This document shows positions 20,612-29,456 of a stretch of 32,597 nt of DNA, piece after piece (the stretch's first letter is position 1; each line of letters begins with the position of its first letter). A model generated the notes under the pieces. That model was not told the DNA's origin and searched no databases. It saw only the letters and a list, made by a program, of their open reading frames with translations. A program made the translations under genes and the position numbers. Origin of the DNA: Caulobacterales bacterium. GTDB taxonomy: Bacteria; Pseudomonadota; Alphaproteobacteria; Caulobacterales; Caulobacteraceae. The stretch lies in the NCBI GenBank assembly GCA_038241335.1, contig JBBRFV010000001.1:1-32597 (forward strand), given 5' to 3'.

Positions 20612-21103
20612 ATGACCGACACAGATATCGCCCCGACCCTGCGTTCCCCGTCCGGCTACGACCTGACGCCGCCCAGCGAGGGTCAGCGCGTGGCGTTGGA
20701 GGCCGACCTGTCGGCCGAGGAGAAGCGGGTCCTGCTTCAGCACGGCACCGAGGCGCCGTTCTGCGGCGTGCTGTTGGGCGAAAAACGGGCAGGCGTGTTC
20801 TGCTGCCGAGAGTGTGGCCTGCCGCTGTTTCGGGCCGGGACCAAGTTCGAAAGCGGCACCGGCTGGCCCAGTTTCACCGAGCCCGTCGATCCAACCCATG
20901 TCACGGCCATCACCGATCGATCCTACGGCATGGCCCGCACCGAGACGACCTGCGCCCGCTGCGGCAGCCATCAGGGGCACGTGTTTCCCGACGGTCCGCC
21001 GCCCACCGGCCTGCGCTACTGCATCAACTCGGTGGCCTTGGCGTTCGTGGCCGAGGGATCGCCGCTGCCTGATCCTTTGGGGCGCGGCGACGGAAACGCC
21101 TGA
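20612..21103 (+). CDS. msrB: Peptide-methionine (R)-S-oxide reductase MsrB
   Basis: GTEAPF, two CxxC zinc motifs, KFESGTGWPSF and HQGHVFPDGPPPTGLRYCINS; start at ATG 20612. Confidence 0.95.
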   Translation: MTDTDIAPTLRSPSGYDLTPPSEGQRVALEADLSAEEKRVLLQHGTEAPFCGVLLGEKRAGVFCCRECGLPLFRAGTKFESGTGWPSFTEPVDPTHVTAITDRSYGMARTETTCARCGSHQGHVFPDGPPPTGLRYCINSVALAFVAEGSPLPDPLGRGDGNA

Positions 21104-21153
21104 CCTTCGCCGCAATCGAGGCTAAGGTTCACACGGTACAGGAGTAAGGGCCC

Positions 21154-21705
21154 ATGCTGATTTCCGCCCTGATGATGGCCGCAGCGCTGACGGGGACCGA
21201 TCCCGACGGCGTGGTGGCCACCGCGCCGACGACGCCCGTGACCCTGGACGCCGAGGCGGCCCAGCCTGAAAGCGCTTCGCCGGAAGGCGTCGCCCGGTCG
21301 CGCACCCAGACGGGCCTGGCCACCGACCAGCAGATCAACAGCTGGATCGCTGCGCGCGACCCGCACGAGACGCCGTATTCCCGGGGTCGGGTCGAGTCGG
21401 TCGACGATCGCAAGATGCACGGCGTGGTGGATGTCGGCCTCGGCACCGGCGGCTATCAGAGCTTCGCGGCGGCGGTGTCGATGCCGCTGGGCGATTCGGG
21501 CCGGCTGGACATCAGCGTCAGCCGCGGCCGCAATGACCGTCGCTGGGGCTACTATGATCCCACGCGTTTCGACTACGGCGGCTACATCTTCCCGGACGCG
21601 ACCCCGCGCGATATCGCGGCCTCGGCCTATGAGGAGCGCGTCGCCCGCCCCGAGGGCCCGCCACGCCTCTGGCCTCGCAGCGAGCCGGATCGCCGGACGC
21701 AGTAA
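21154..21705 (+). CDS. Exported hypothetical protein
   Basis: AGGAG SD; signal-like N-terminus; central HGVVDVGLGTGGY...VSMPLGDSGRLDISVS beta-rich segment. Confidence 0.75.
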   Translation: MLISALMMAAALTGTDPDGVVATAPTTPVTLDAEAAQPESASPEGVARSRTQTGLATDQQINSWIAARDPHETPYSRGRVESVDDRKMHGVVDVGLGTGGYQSFAAAVSMPLGDSGRLDISVSRGRNDRRWGYYDPTRFDYGGYIFPDATPRDIAASAYEERVARPEGPPRLWPRSEPDRRTQ

Positions 21706-21710
21706 CGACA

Positions 21711-21738
21711 AAAGGCCCGATCGAATGATCGGGTCTTT
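21711..21738. terminator. Bidirectional intrinsic terminator
   Basis: AAAGGCCCGATC-GAAT-GATCGGGTCTTT between the hypothetical gene and the convergent tRNA-Thr. Confidence 0.8.
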
Positions 21739-21751
21739 CGCGTTTCAGAGG

Positions 21752-21826
<75 letters not shown>

Positions 21827-21925
21827 CTGATCTGAGGAAGCGGCCGTATAGCCAACAGGGGACAAAGGGGGAAGCCCCGAATTCAGGCGCTTGCGGAAAA
21901 GTTTCGGGACGGGTCTGATCGAAAC

Positions 21926-22087
21926 ATGGACGACGCCGAAACCAACGCCTCGACGCCGGACGCCGCGCCGGCCCCGCCCACGCCCCGGATCGAGCGGGCG
22001 CAGAGGCTCGCGGCGGCGCTCAGGGACAATCTGAAGCAGCGCAAGATCGCCCGCATGGCGCCCCGGCCCGCAAGGCCGCGCAACTGA
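21926..22087 (+). CDS. Small basic-tailed protein (53 aa) upstream of murA; absent from the ORF track
   Basis: MDDAETNASTPDAAPAPPTPRIERAQRLAAALRDNLKQRKIARMAPRPARPRN*; resembles the RLAxALRxNLxxRK motif of small alphaproteobacterial proteins at this locus. Confidence 0.7.
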   Translation: MDDAETNASTPDAAPAPPTPRIERAQRLAAALRDNLKQRKIARMAPRPARPRN

Positions 22088-22201
22088 ATGTCATCCGCCG
22101 GACGCTGACGCGGCCTATCGCAATCGGGGCGGTCCGGGCTAGATAGCCGATCCCCCTCCGCCCCTCGCATGTCGCGTCCGGGGCGGGCCGACAGAGACGA
22201 C

Positions 22202-23491
22202 ATGGACAGCATCGCCATCCAAGGCGGCGGCCGCCTGAACGGAACCATTCCGGTCAGCGGCGCCAAGAACTCCGCCCTCAAGCTGATGGCCGCCTCCATC
22301 CTGACGGATCAGCCGCTGCTGCTGACCAACATGCCGCGCCTGGCGGACACGAAATTCCTCGGCCGGCTGTTGCAGGAGCTGGGCGTCGAGGTCGACGAGC
22401 GCGATGGCGCCGACGGCCAGGAGACCCTCTTCCACGCCGGCCGCATCGCCTCGACCTTCGCGCCCTACGATCTGGTGCGGCAGATGAGGGCTTCGTTCAA
22501 CGTGCTGGGGCCGCTGCTGGCCCGCACCGGCGAGGCCAAGGTCTCGCTGCCGGGCGGCTGCACTATCGGCGCGCGACCGGTCGACCTGCACCTTCAGGCG
22601 CTGCAGGCGCTGGGCGCCGAGATCGAACTGGACGAGGGCTATGTCACCGCCCGCGCGCCGAAGGGGCTGCAGGGCGCCGAGATCGAATTCCCGTTTGTCT
22701 CGGTCGGGGCCACCGAGCACGCCTTGCTGGCCGCGGTGCTGGCGCGAGGCGTCACGGTGCTCAGGCGGGCGGCGCGCGAGCCGGAGATCGGCGACCTGGC
22801 GCGCTGCCTGACGGCCATGGGAGCCAGGATCGAGGGAATCGACACGGATGTGCTGACCATCACCGGCGTGACGTCGCTGGACGGCGCGACCTGGTCGGTC
22901 ATTCCCGACCGCATCGAGATGGGCTCCTACGCCGTCGCCGCCGCCATGGCGGGCGGCGAGGTGCGGCTGACCAGGGCCCGCCCTGAACTGATGACGGCGC
23001 TGAGCGACAAGATGATCCAGGCGGGGGTCGAGGTGACGCCGACGGCCGACGGCGTGATCGTCAAGCGCGATCCGGCCCGGCGGCTTAAGGCGGTCAACGT
23101 CGCGACCGAGGTCTATCCGGGCTTCGCCACCGACCTGCAGGCGCAGTTCATGGCCCTGATGACCACGGCGGACGGCGACAGCGTCATCCACGAGAACATC
23201 TTCGAAAACCGCTTCATGCACGCGCCCGAGCTGATGCGGCTGGGCGCCGACATCCATGTCCACGCCGGCGAGGCGGTGGTGAAGGGCGTGCCGGTGCTGC
23301 ACGGGGCCCAGGTCATGGCCACCGACCTGAGGGCCTCGGTCAGCCTGGTGATCGCCGGGCTGGCGGCCGAGGGGGAGACGACGGTCGGACGGGTCTATCA
23401 TCTGGATCGCGGCTTCGAGCGGCTGGAGGAGAAGCTGGGCGCCTGCGGGGCCGAGATCCGCCGCATCAAGGGCGACGACCATGAGCACTGA
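22202..23491 (+). CDS. murA: UDP-N-acetylglucosamine 1-carboxyvinyltransferase
   Basis: [33 protein letters not shown] (active-site Cys present), [14 protein letters not shown] and ATDLRAS; start ATG 22202. Confidence 0.97.
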   Translation: MDSIAIQGGGRLNGTIPVSGAKNSALKLMAASILTDQPLLLTNMPRLADTKFLGRLLQELGVEVDERDGADGQETLFHAGRIASTFAPYDLVRQMRASFNVLGPLLARTGEAKVSLPGGCTIGARPVDLHLQALQALGAEIELDEGYVTARAPKGLQGAEIEFPFVSVGATEHALLAAVLARGVTVLRRAAREPEIGDLARCLTAMGARIEGIDTDVLTITGVTSLDGATWSVIPDRIEMGSYAVAAAMAGGEVRLTRARPELMTALSDKMIQAGVEVTPTADGVIVKRDPARRLKAVNVATEVYPGFATDLQAQFMALMTTADGDSVIHENIFENRFMHAPELMRLGADIHVHAGEAVVKGVPVLHGAQVMATDLRASVSLVIAGLAAEGETTVGRVYHLDRGFERLEEKLGACGAEIRRIKGDDHEH

Positions 23492-23969
23492 GGCGGCCCC
23501 GGCGACGGCGGTGGAGGAAGAGGCGATCAAGGCGCCGGTCGAACCCTTGCGCCTGCTGGCCGAGGACGCCGACGACCTGCACATCATCTCGGCGGCGCTG
23601 CAGGACGCCATCCTGCGGCCGGTGGACATCGTCTGGGAGACGAACACCCGGACCCTGACCCTGGCCCTGAGCCGGTTCTGCTGGGAATGCGGCGGGACCC
23701 GGGTGATGGCCGCGATGCAGTTCGGCGACGTGACGGCGGTCAAGAGCCGCCGCCTGCCGCGCCTGCCCGACAGCGCCCTGGAGCTGCTGGCGATCGACTT
23801 CGAACCGGGCGAGGCGCCGGGCGGTCGGATCATCCTGATGTTCGCCGGCGGCGGCGACCTGAGGATCGACGTGGAATGTCTCGACGCCGTGCTGACCGAC
23901 CTGTCCGAGCGTTGGCCGGCGAAGATGGCCCCGACCCATCTCGAGGGCGAAGACGCGGGTCCGTCGTGA
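23481..23969 (+). CDS. DUF2948 family protein
   Basis: [28 protein letters not shown] and [20 protein letters not shown]; usual position after murA. Confidence 0.88.
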   Translation: MSTEAAPATAVEEEAIKAPVEPLRLLAEDADDLHIISAALQDAILRPVDIVWETNTRTLTLALSRFCWECGGTRVMAAMQFGDVTAVKSRRLPRLPDSALELLAIDFEPGEAPGGRIILMFAGGGDLRIDVECLDAVLTDLSERWPAKMAPTHLEGEDAGPS

Positions 23970-24430
23970 GCGATCACCGGCTCGCCTCGATCGACCTGGA
24001 CGCCGCGACCCTGCCGTCCGCGACGGCAGAGATCGAGCATGAGCGGCGCGTGGCCATCTTCGATCTGGTCGAGAAGAACAGCTTTGAGCCCATGGGCGCT
24101 TCAGGCGGGCCCTACGCCCTGACCCTGTCCCTGGTGGATGGCCGGCTGGCCTTCGATATCGCGGGTCCGGATTTCCACAAGGTCCACGGTCTGTCGCTGA
24201 CGCCGCTGAACAAGGTGGTGAAGGACTATATCGCCATCTGCGACAGCTATTACGAGGCCCTGCGGGGAACCTCGCCCGGCCAGATCGAGGCCGTCGACAT
24301 GGGCCGGCGCGGTCTGCACAACGAAGGCGCCGAGGTGCTGAAAGCCCGGCTGGACGGCAAGATCGCCGTCGACCACGAAACCGCCCGGCGGCTGTTCACC
24401 TTGGTGACGGCGCTCTACCGGCGGGGGTGA
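23966..24430 (+). CDS. UPF0262 family protein
   Basis: EHERRVAIFDL, YIAICDSYYEA, IEAVDMGRRGLHNEG and ARRLFTL; GTG start overlaps the upstream TGA (GTGA). Confidence 0.9.
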   Translation: MSDHRLASIDLDAATLPSATAEIEHERRVAIFDLVEKNSFEPMGASGGPYALTLSLVDGRLAFDIAGPDFHKVHGLSLTPLNKVVKDYIAICDSYYEALRGTSPGQIEAVDMGRRGLHNEGAEVLKARLDGKIAVDHETARRLFTLVTALYRRG

Positions 24431-24433
24431 GCT

Positions 24434-24525
24434 GGGTGAGAAATGCTGGTCAGCAAGTGGTGACCGGGACCGTGGGCCGGTTCTCGTTCTTCGCTCACGC
24501 CTACGCTCACCAGCACTCCTCACCC
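24434..24525. repeat. Long imperfect inverted repeat built from GGTGAG/CTCACC units
   Basis: GGGTGAGAAATGCTGGTCAGC (from 24434) pairs with GCTCACCAGCACTCCTCACCC (to 24525). Confidence 0.72.
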
Positions 24526-24631
24526 TTCGTCTCGACTACCGCCGCGTTTTCAGGCATTAGGCCCGCTCCTTACGACGCGCGGTTTCGCCCGGCGCGCGTT
24601 TCGATTCGTATTCAAGGGCGCGAGAGGCCGC

Positions 24632-24850
24632 ATGGCTAAGGAAGAACTGCTCGAGTTTCCCGGCACCGTCAGCGAACTGCTGCCGAACGCCACCTTCCGG
24701 GTGACGCTCGAGAATGACCACGAGATCATCGCCCATACGGCGGGCAAGATGCGTAAGAACCGCATCCGCGTGCTGGCCGGTGACAAGGTCCTGGTCGAGA
24801 TGACGCCCTACGACCTGACCAAGGGCCGCATCACCTATCGCTTCAAGTAA
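24632..24850 (+). CDS. infA: Translation initiation factor IF-1
   Basis: [24 protein letters not shown]...[14 protein letters not shown]...[14 protein letters not shown]. Confidence 0.98.
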   Translation: MAKEELLEFPGTVSELLPNATFRVTLENDHEIIAHTAGKMRKNRIRVLAGDKVLVEMTPYDLTKGRITYRFK

Positions 24851-24862
24851 GGGCGGGCTCGG

Positions 24863-25441
24863 ATGAGCCGTCCTGAACTGGTGCTGGCCTCGGCCAGCCC
24901 GCGCCGCATAGAACTGCTGGCGCTGATCGGAATCACGCCCGACCGGGTCGAACCCGCCGACATCGACGAGACGCCGTTCAAGGATGAGACGCCGACGCGT
25001 CTCGCCGCGCGTTTGGCCGTGTCCAAGGCCGAGGCCATCGCGGCCGGTGCGCCGAATGCGGTCGTGCTGGCCGCCGACACAGTGGTGGCCGTGGGGCGGC
25101 GCCTGCTGGAAAAGCCCGCCGACGACGCCGAGGTTGTCCGGTTCCTGAAATTGCTTTCGGGCCGCAACCACCGGGTCTTCACCGGCGTGGCGGTGACGGC
25201 CGGCGTGCGGACCACGCACCGGGTGGTCGACACCCGCGTCTCCGTCAAGGTTCTGTCCGACGCCGAGATCGCCGCCTACGTCGCCTCGGGCGAATGGAGG
25301 GGTAAGGCCGGAGGCTATGGAATCCAGGGCCGGGCCGGGGCCTTCGTGACCCGACTGGTCGGCAGCTATCCGGCGGTGATGGGCCTGCCGCTGTTCGAGA
25401 CCGTCAACCTGCTGGCCGGGGCCGGGTACCGAGCCTCGTGA
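24863..25441 (+). CDS. maf: Maf nucleotide pyrophosphatase (YhdE-like)
   Basis: LVLASASPRRIELL, AADTVV, LSGRNH, GKAGGYGIQG and VMGLPL motifs. Confidence 0.93.
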   Translation: MSRPELVLASASPRRIELLALIGITPDRVEPADIDETPFKDETPTRLAARLAVSKAEAIAAGAPNAVVLAADTVVAVGRRLLEKPADDAEVVRFLKLLSGRNHRVFTGVAVTAGVRTTHRVVDTRVSVKVLSDAEIAAYVASGEWRGKAGGYGIQGRAGAFVTRLVGSYPAVMGLPLFETVNLLAGAGYRAS

Positions 25442-26472
25442 GCGGGATGGAGGCCTTTCTGGACGCGGCCCCGGGCGAGACCCGGGGCGTGCTCGTCTGG
25501 AACGGCCGGTTCGAGCGGCTTTTCATCCACAGGGACGGGGACATCGCCCAGCACCGACTGGGCGCACGGTCCATCGGCCGGGTCGCGGCCGTGGGCGCGG
25601 GCCTGCGCGGCGCCTTCATCGATCTGGGGGCGCGCGAACCGTTCGGCTTCCTGCCGCTGAAGAAGGCCGAACGGATGATCGTCGGTCAGAAGGTCGAGGT
25701 CGAGGTCTCGGCCGAGCCTCGCGACCATAAAGGTCCGGCCCTGCGCCTGATCGGGGCGGGGGAGGGGGAGCCGCGTTTGCTGGCTCCGGGTCCGATGATG
25801 GCGGATATCCTGGCGCGATTGGCGCCCGGCGTAGAGGCCCGCACCGGCGCGGCGGCGATGCGAGCGGCGCACGAGGCCGAGGAGGAGGCGCTGGCCCCCG
25901 GCGGCCTGTTCGCTCATCTGGGCGTCGGTCTTGCGGTCGAACGAACCCGGGCCCTGGTGGCGGTGGACATCGATCATGCCGCCGCCCCGGGTCGCGACGG
26001 GGTCCGGGACAAGGCGCGCGCGAATCGCGAGGGGCTGATGCAGGCCGCGCGGTTGATCCGACTCAAGAACTGGGGCGGTCTGGTCGCGATTGATCTGGTC
26101 GGCGTGGGTCATGACGGCGCGGCGACCACGGCGATGGCCCGGGCGGCCTTCGCGGACGAGGCGGAGGCCGTCATCGGTCCGGTGAACCGGTTCGGGGTGC
26201 TGATGCTGTCGCTGCCCTGGCGTGGGACGCCGATTGAAGAGCGGCTGCTGGGTCCCGACGGCCGCCCGACGGCGGAGACCCGGGCTCACGACGCGCTGCG
26301 ACAGCTTCGGCTGGCGTTGGCGACGGACACCCGGGCGCCGTGGCTGACGCTGCACTGCGCACCGGACGAGGCGGCGGGGGCCGCCGCCTGGGTCGAAACC
26401 CTCGGCCCCCGGGCGCGACTGAAGGCCGATCCGGACGTTCCGCCGGGCGACGCTCGAATAGAGGAAGCGTGA
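25438..26472 (+). CDS. Short ribonuclease E/G family protein
   Basis: S1-like GRV...AFIDLG and KGPAL; ALVAVDID; ARLIRLKNWGGLVAIDL; located between maf and yacG. Start is GTG 25438 or ATG 25447. Confidence 0.8.
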   Translation: MSGMEAFLDAAPGETRGVLVWNGRFERLFIHRDGDIAQHRLGARSIGRVAAVGAGLRGAFIDLGAREPFGFLPLKKAERMIVGQKVEVEVSAEPRDHKGPALRLIGAGEGEPRLLAPGPMMADILARLAPGVEARTGAAAMRAAHEAEEEALAPGGLFAHLGVGLAVERTRALVAVDIDHAAAPGRDGVRDKARANREGLMQAARLIRLKNWGGLVAIDLVGVGHDGAATTAMARAAFADEAEAVIGPVNRFGVLMLSLPWRGTPIEERLLGPDGRPTAETRAHDALRQLRLALATDTRAPWLTLHCAPDEAAGAAAWVETLGPRARLKADPDVPPGDARIEEA

Positions 26473-26475
26473 ATC

Positions 26476-26652
26476 ATGGCGACCTGCGCCGTCTGCCGCC
26501 GCCAGCCGTCGGACCCGAAATACAAACCCTTCTGCTCCAAGCGCTGCGCCGACCTGGATCTGCAGCGCTGGTTCACGGGCGGCTACGCCATACCAGTGCG
26601 CGATGACGAGCCCACGGACGACGACGGCGAAGGCCCCGCGCGGCAAGACTGA
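26476..26652 (+). CDS. yacG: DNA gyrase inhibitor YacG (58 aa); absent from the ORF track
   Basis: MATCAVCRRQPSDPKYKPFCSKRCADLDLQRWFTGGYAIP...; CxxC and PFCSKRC..DL..W zinc finger; GAGGA SD. Confidence 0.93.
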   Translation: MATCAVCRRQPSDPKYKPFCSKRCADLDLQRWFTGGYAIPVRDDEPTDDDGEGPARQD

Positions 26653-26661
26653 CGAGACCGC

Positions 26662-26690
26662 TGGACACCCAAAGTCGGCTCGCTTATAGA
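26662..26690 (+). promoter_or_regulatory. Sigma70-type promoter of tRNA-Phe
   Basis: TGGACA-N17-TATAGA, 26 nt upstream of the tRNA. Confidence 0.65.
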
Positions 26691-26716
26691 CCCCGCTCCC
26701 TCGCTTCTAAGCGTGC

Positions 26717-26792
26717 GCCTGGGTAGCTCAGTTGGTAGAGCAGTGGATTGAAAATCCACGTGTCGGTGGTTCGAATCCGCCCCCAGGCACCA
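26717..26792 (+). tRNA. tRNA-Phe(GAA)
   Basis: GCCTGGGTAGCTCAGTTGGTAGAGCA GTGGA TT GAA AA TCCAC GTGTC GGTGG TTCGAAT CCGCC CCCAGGC ACCA; 76 nt. Confidence 0.97.
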
Positions 26793-27169
26793 TCGCCCTT
26801 CCCGAACCGGGAATTCGGCGTCCGTACATCATGAAAATGTCGCTTTCGGCCTGAATCTTCGGGATCGAACGCGCTTGCTCCCCCCCAAGGGGAAAAGCGC
26901 CGTTGCGCACTTGACGCTCTGGTATGCGTTCGCCAAAGGAGCTTGACCGCTTTCCTTTGCGAGCGGCCGGCGGGCGACTGGAAACCGTTTTCCACCGACC
27001 GTCGCCACCGCCCCGGAAGCCTTAGGCAACCGGAAGCGTCAGGAGGCGTTCCGCTGAACAGGGGTCCATTGGGGACCTGCTAGGCGGGCGAGATATTCAT
27101 CGGGGTTCGGGCAGTCGCCCGTGCTCCTCAGGGTTCCACCTGTCAGACCAAAGCAGGAACTGGCGAAAG

Positions 27170-28063
27170 ATGCTCGATATGAAGAAGACCAACATCCTCC
27201 TGGCCCTGGCCGGCGCCGCCGCCCTGATGGCCAGCTCGCCGGTCCTCGCGCAGGACACTGCGGCGCCTGCCGCTTCGGCGCCCGCCGCGGCGGCTCCGGC
27301 CGCCGCTCCCGCGGCCGTCGACACCAACGCCGACCCCGTCACCGTGGCTGACGCCGCCACGGGCGGTCACAAGGGTGGCGGCATCACCCCGATCTCGATG
27401 TTCATGGGCGCGACCCCGGTCGTTAAGGTCGTGATGACCGGCCTGCTGCTGGCCTCGATCTTCTCGTGGACCCTGCTGCTGATCAAACTGTTCGAGTTCG
27501 GCGGCCTGAACCGCAAGACCGACAACTTCCTCGAAGCCTTCCGCGGCACCCGCACCATCGCGGACATGCGTCGCGTGGCGACGGCGGACGAGTTCGACGG
27601 TAATCCGCTGGCCGATATGGCCGCCGCAGCGACCGACGAAATCGAACTGTCGCGCCAGGCGGGCCTCTCGGTCACCGGCGATCACGCCGACTCGGCCCTG
27701 ATGCGCGCCCAGCAAGCCGTCGCCGCCGTTCAGGCCGGCCTGGCCAAGCGCCTGTCGGGCGGCCAGCAGTTCCTCGCTTCGGTGGGTTCGACCGGTCCGT
27801 TCATCGGCCTGTTCGGCACCGTGTACGGCATCATGAACTCGTTCATCGGGATCGCGGAATCGAACACGACCAACCTGGCTGCCGTGGCCCCGGGTATCTC
27901 GGAAGCCCTGCTCGCCACCGGCATCGGCCTGTTCGCGGCCATCCCGGCGGTTATCTTCTACAACTACTTCAACACCCGCATCGCGGCCTACGGCACCCGT
28001 TCGGACGGCTTCTCGGCCGAGCTGATCAACGCCATCTCGCGTAACCTCGACAAGGGGGCCTAA
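27170..28063 (+). CDS. exbB: ExbB (MotA/TolQ/ExbB proton channel) with signal peptide and Ala/Pro-rich extension
   Basis: FLASVGSTGPFIGLFGTVYGIMNSF and VAPGISEALLATGIGLFAAIPA; followed by exbD and tonB. Start may be 27179. Confidence 0.9.
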   Translation: MLDMKKTNILLALAGAAALMASSPVLAQDTAAPAASAPAAAAPAAAPAAVDTNADPVTVADAATGGHKGGGITPISMFMGATPVVKVVMTGLLLASIFSWTLLLIKLFEFGGLNRKTDNFLEAFRGTRTIADMRRVATADEFDGNPLADMAAAATDEIELSRQAGLSVTGDHADSALMRAQQAVAAVQAGLAKRLSGGQQFLASVGSTGPFIGLFGTVYGIMNSFIGIAESNTTNLAAVAPGISEALLATGIGLFAAIPAVIFYNYFNTRIAAYGTRSDGFSAELINAISRNLDKGA

Positions 28064-28067
28064 CTAG

Positions 28068-28511
28068 ATGGCCGCCAAACTTTCAGGCGGCGGCGGCGGC
28101 AAATACGCCATTGAGCAGAACAGCGAAATCAACGTCACGCCTTTCGTCGATATCATGCTGGTTCTGCTCATCATCTTCATGGTGGCGGCCCCGCTCGCAA
28201 CACCCTCGGTGGAGCTCAAGCTTCCCACCGCGGTCGCCAAGCCCGGCGTCAGCCCGCCGAAGCCGTTCTACATCTCCATCCAGGGTGACGGCGACGTCTT
28301 CCTGGGCGACCAGAAGATGCAGGGCGGCGCCTCGGAAGTGGGGGGTGTTCTCACCTCCCAGATCGGCAATCGGGACCCGCAGGAAGAGCGGATTTACATC
28401 CGCGCTGACCAGACCACGCGCTACGGCGACTTCATGCAGGTCATGAATTCGCTGCAGGACAACCAGTTCTACAGCGTCGCCCTGGTCGGCGAAGATAACT
28501 CGAAGCGGTGA
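28068..28511 (+). CDS. exbD: Biopolymer transport protein ExbD
   Basis: EINVTPFVDIMLVLLIIFMV and IRADQTTRYG motifs. Confidence 0.9.
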   Translation: MAAKLSGGGGGKYAIEQNSEINVTPFVDIMLVLLIIFMVAAPLATPSVELKLPTAVAKPGVSPPKPFYISIQGDGDVFLGDQKMQGGASEVGGVLTSQIGNRDPQEERIYIRADQTTRYGDFMQVMNSLQDNQFYSVALVGEDNSKR

Positions 28512-28519
28512 GGTGGTAG

Positions 28520-29233
28520 ATGACAGACGTTGAGTACCACCGTTCTCGCTACGACGCGCCGAAGACCAAGGGCTTCCTTGGGGTTTCGACGCCGGTTCTG
28601 ATCGGCAGCCTGCTGTTCGTCATCGTCTTGTTCGCGATCCTGCTGTTCTACGTTCAGCAGGCCAAGTTCAAGCTGAAGCCCGTTGTGCAGGAAGAGGATG
28701 TGACGAAGGTGGACCTCATTCCGCCGCCGCCGCCGCCGCCGCCGCCGCCCCCGCCGCCCCCCCCGCCGGACGTTCCTCCGCCGCCGAAGCTGCAGGTGCG
28801 CGTTCCGGCTCCGGTGACCACGGTCACGCCGCCGCCGCCGGTCATGATCCAGCCGACGCCCAAGGCAGATCGGGTGGAGTACACCGCTCCGCCGGTGAAC
28901 ATCCCTGGACCGCCGCCTCCGCCGGCCCCGGCCGCGCCGCCCCGGCCTCCCATCGTGACGCAGGTCACCTGGGGTCGTCAGCCTCAGCCGGAGTTCCCCG
29001 ATAGGGCTCAGGCGAGGAATATCGAAAGCGGTTCGGTCACCCTGCTGTGCACCGTTCAGGCGAACGGCGCTGCAAGCAACTGCAGCATCGTTTCGGAAGA
29101 TCCCACGGGGGCGGGTTTCGGCCAAGCCGCGTTGAGTTCGATGCGGTCCGCCCGGTTCTCGCCGCAGACTGTCAACGGGGTCGCCCAAGGCGGGCAAGCC
29201 CGCTTCACGGTCCGGTTCCGTCTCGGTAACTAA
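28520..29233 (+). CDS. tonB: Energy transducer TonB
   Basis: N-terminal TM helix, Pro-rich linker and TonB C-domain (PEFPDRAQARNIESGSVTL...GFGQAAL...RFSP); GAGGT SD. Confidence 0.9.
   Translation: MTDVEYHRSRYDAPKTKGFLGVSTPVLIGSLLFVIVLFAILLFYVQQAKFKLKPVVQEEDVTKVDLIPPPPPPPPPPPPPPPPDVPPPPKLQVRVPAPVTTVTPPPPVMIQPTPKADRVEYTAPPVNIPGPPPPPAPAAPPRPPIVTQVTWGRQPQPEFPDRAQARNIESGSVTLLCTVQANGAASNCSIVSEDPTGAGFGQAALSSMRSARFSPQTVNGVAQGGQARFTVRFRLGN
28721..28768 (+). repeat. (CCG)9-containing tract encoding 16 consecutive prolines
   Basis: CCG x9 (28721-28747) followed by CCC CCG CCG CCC CCC CCG CCG. Confidence 0.9.
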
Positions 29234-29250
29234 CCTTTCCGGTCTTGAGG

Positions 29251-29286
29251 AAACGCTCCGTGGTTCGCCACGGAGCGTTTTCTTTT
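29251..29286 (+). terminator. Intrinsic terminator of exbB-exbD-tonB
   Basis: AAACGCTCCGTGG-TTCG-CCACGGAGCGTTT perfect 13-bp stem followed by a T-rich tail. Confidence 0.9.
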
Positions 29287-29305
29287 GTCCCCGCGCCGGT
29301 CCGGC

Positions 29306-29334
29306 TTGATCGGGCCGACCTGTCCCGCTAGACA
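29306..29334 (+). promoter_or_regulatory. Sigma70/73-type promoter of tRNA-His
   Basis: TTGATC-N17-TAGACA in a GCTAGAC context resembling the Caulobacter -10 element. Confidence 0.55.
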
Positions 29335-29353
29335 ACGCCCCTCGCGAGATAGC

Positions 29354-29430
29354 GCCGCCTTAGCTCAGTTGGTTAGAGCGCCGGTTTGTGGAACCGGAGG
29401 TCCTCAGTTCAAGCCTGAGAGGCGGTACCA
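29354..29430 (+). tRNA. tRNA-His(GTG)
   Basis: GCCGCCTTAGCTCAGTTGGTTAGAGCG CCGGT TT GTG GA ACCGG AGGTC CTCAG TTCAAGC CTGAG AGGCGGT ACCA; 77 nt. Confidence 0.95.
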
Positions 29431-29456
29431 TCTCCGACGATCCGGCGGAGACGGTC

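Noticed and set aside
22139-24040. 633-aa minus-strand ORF
   Set aside because: Antisense shadow of murA and DUF2948.
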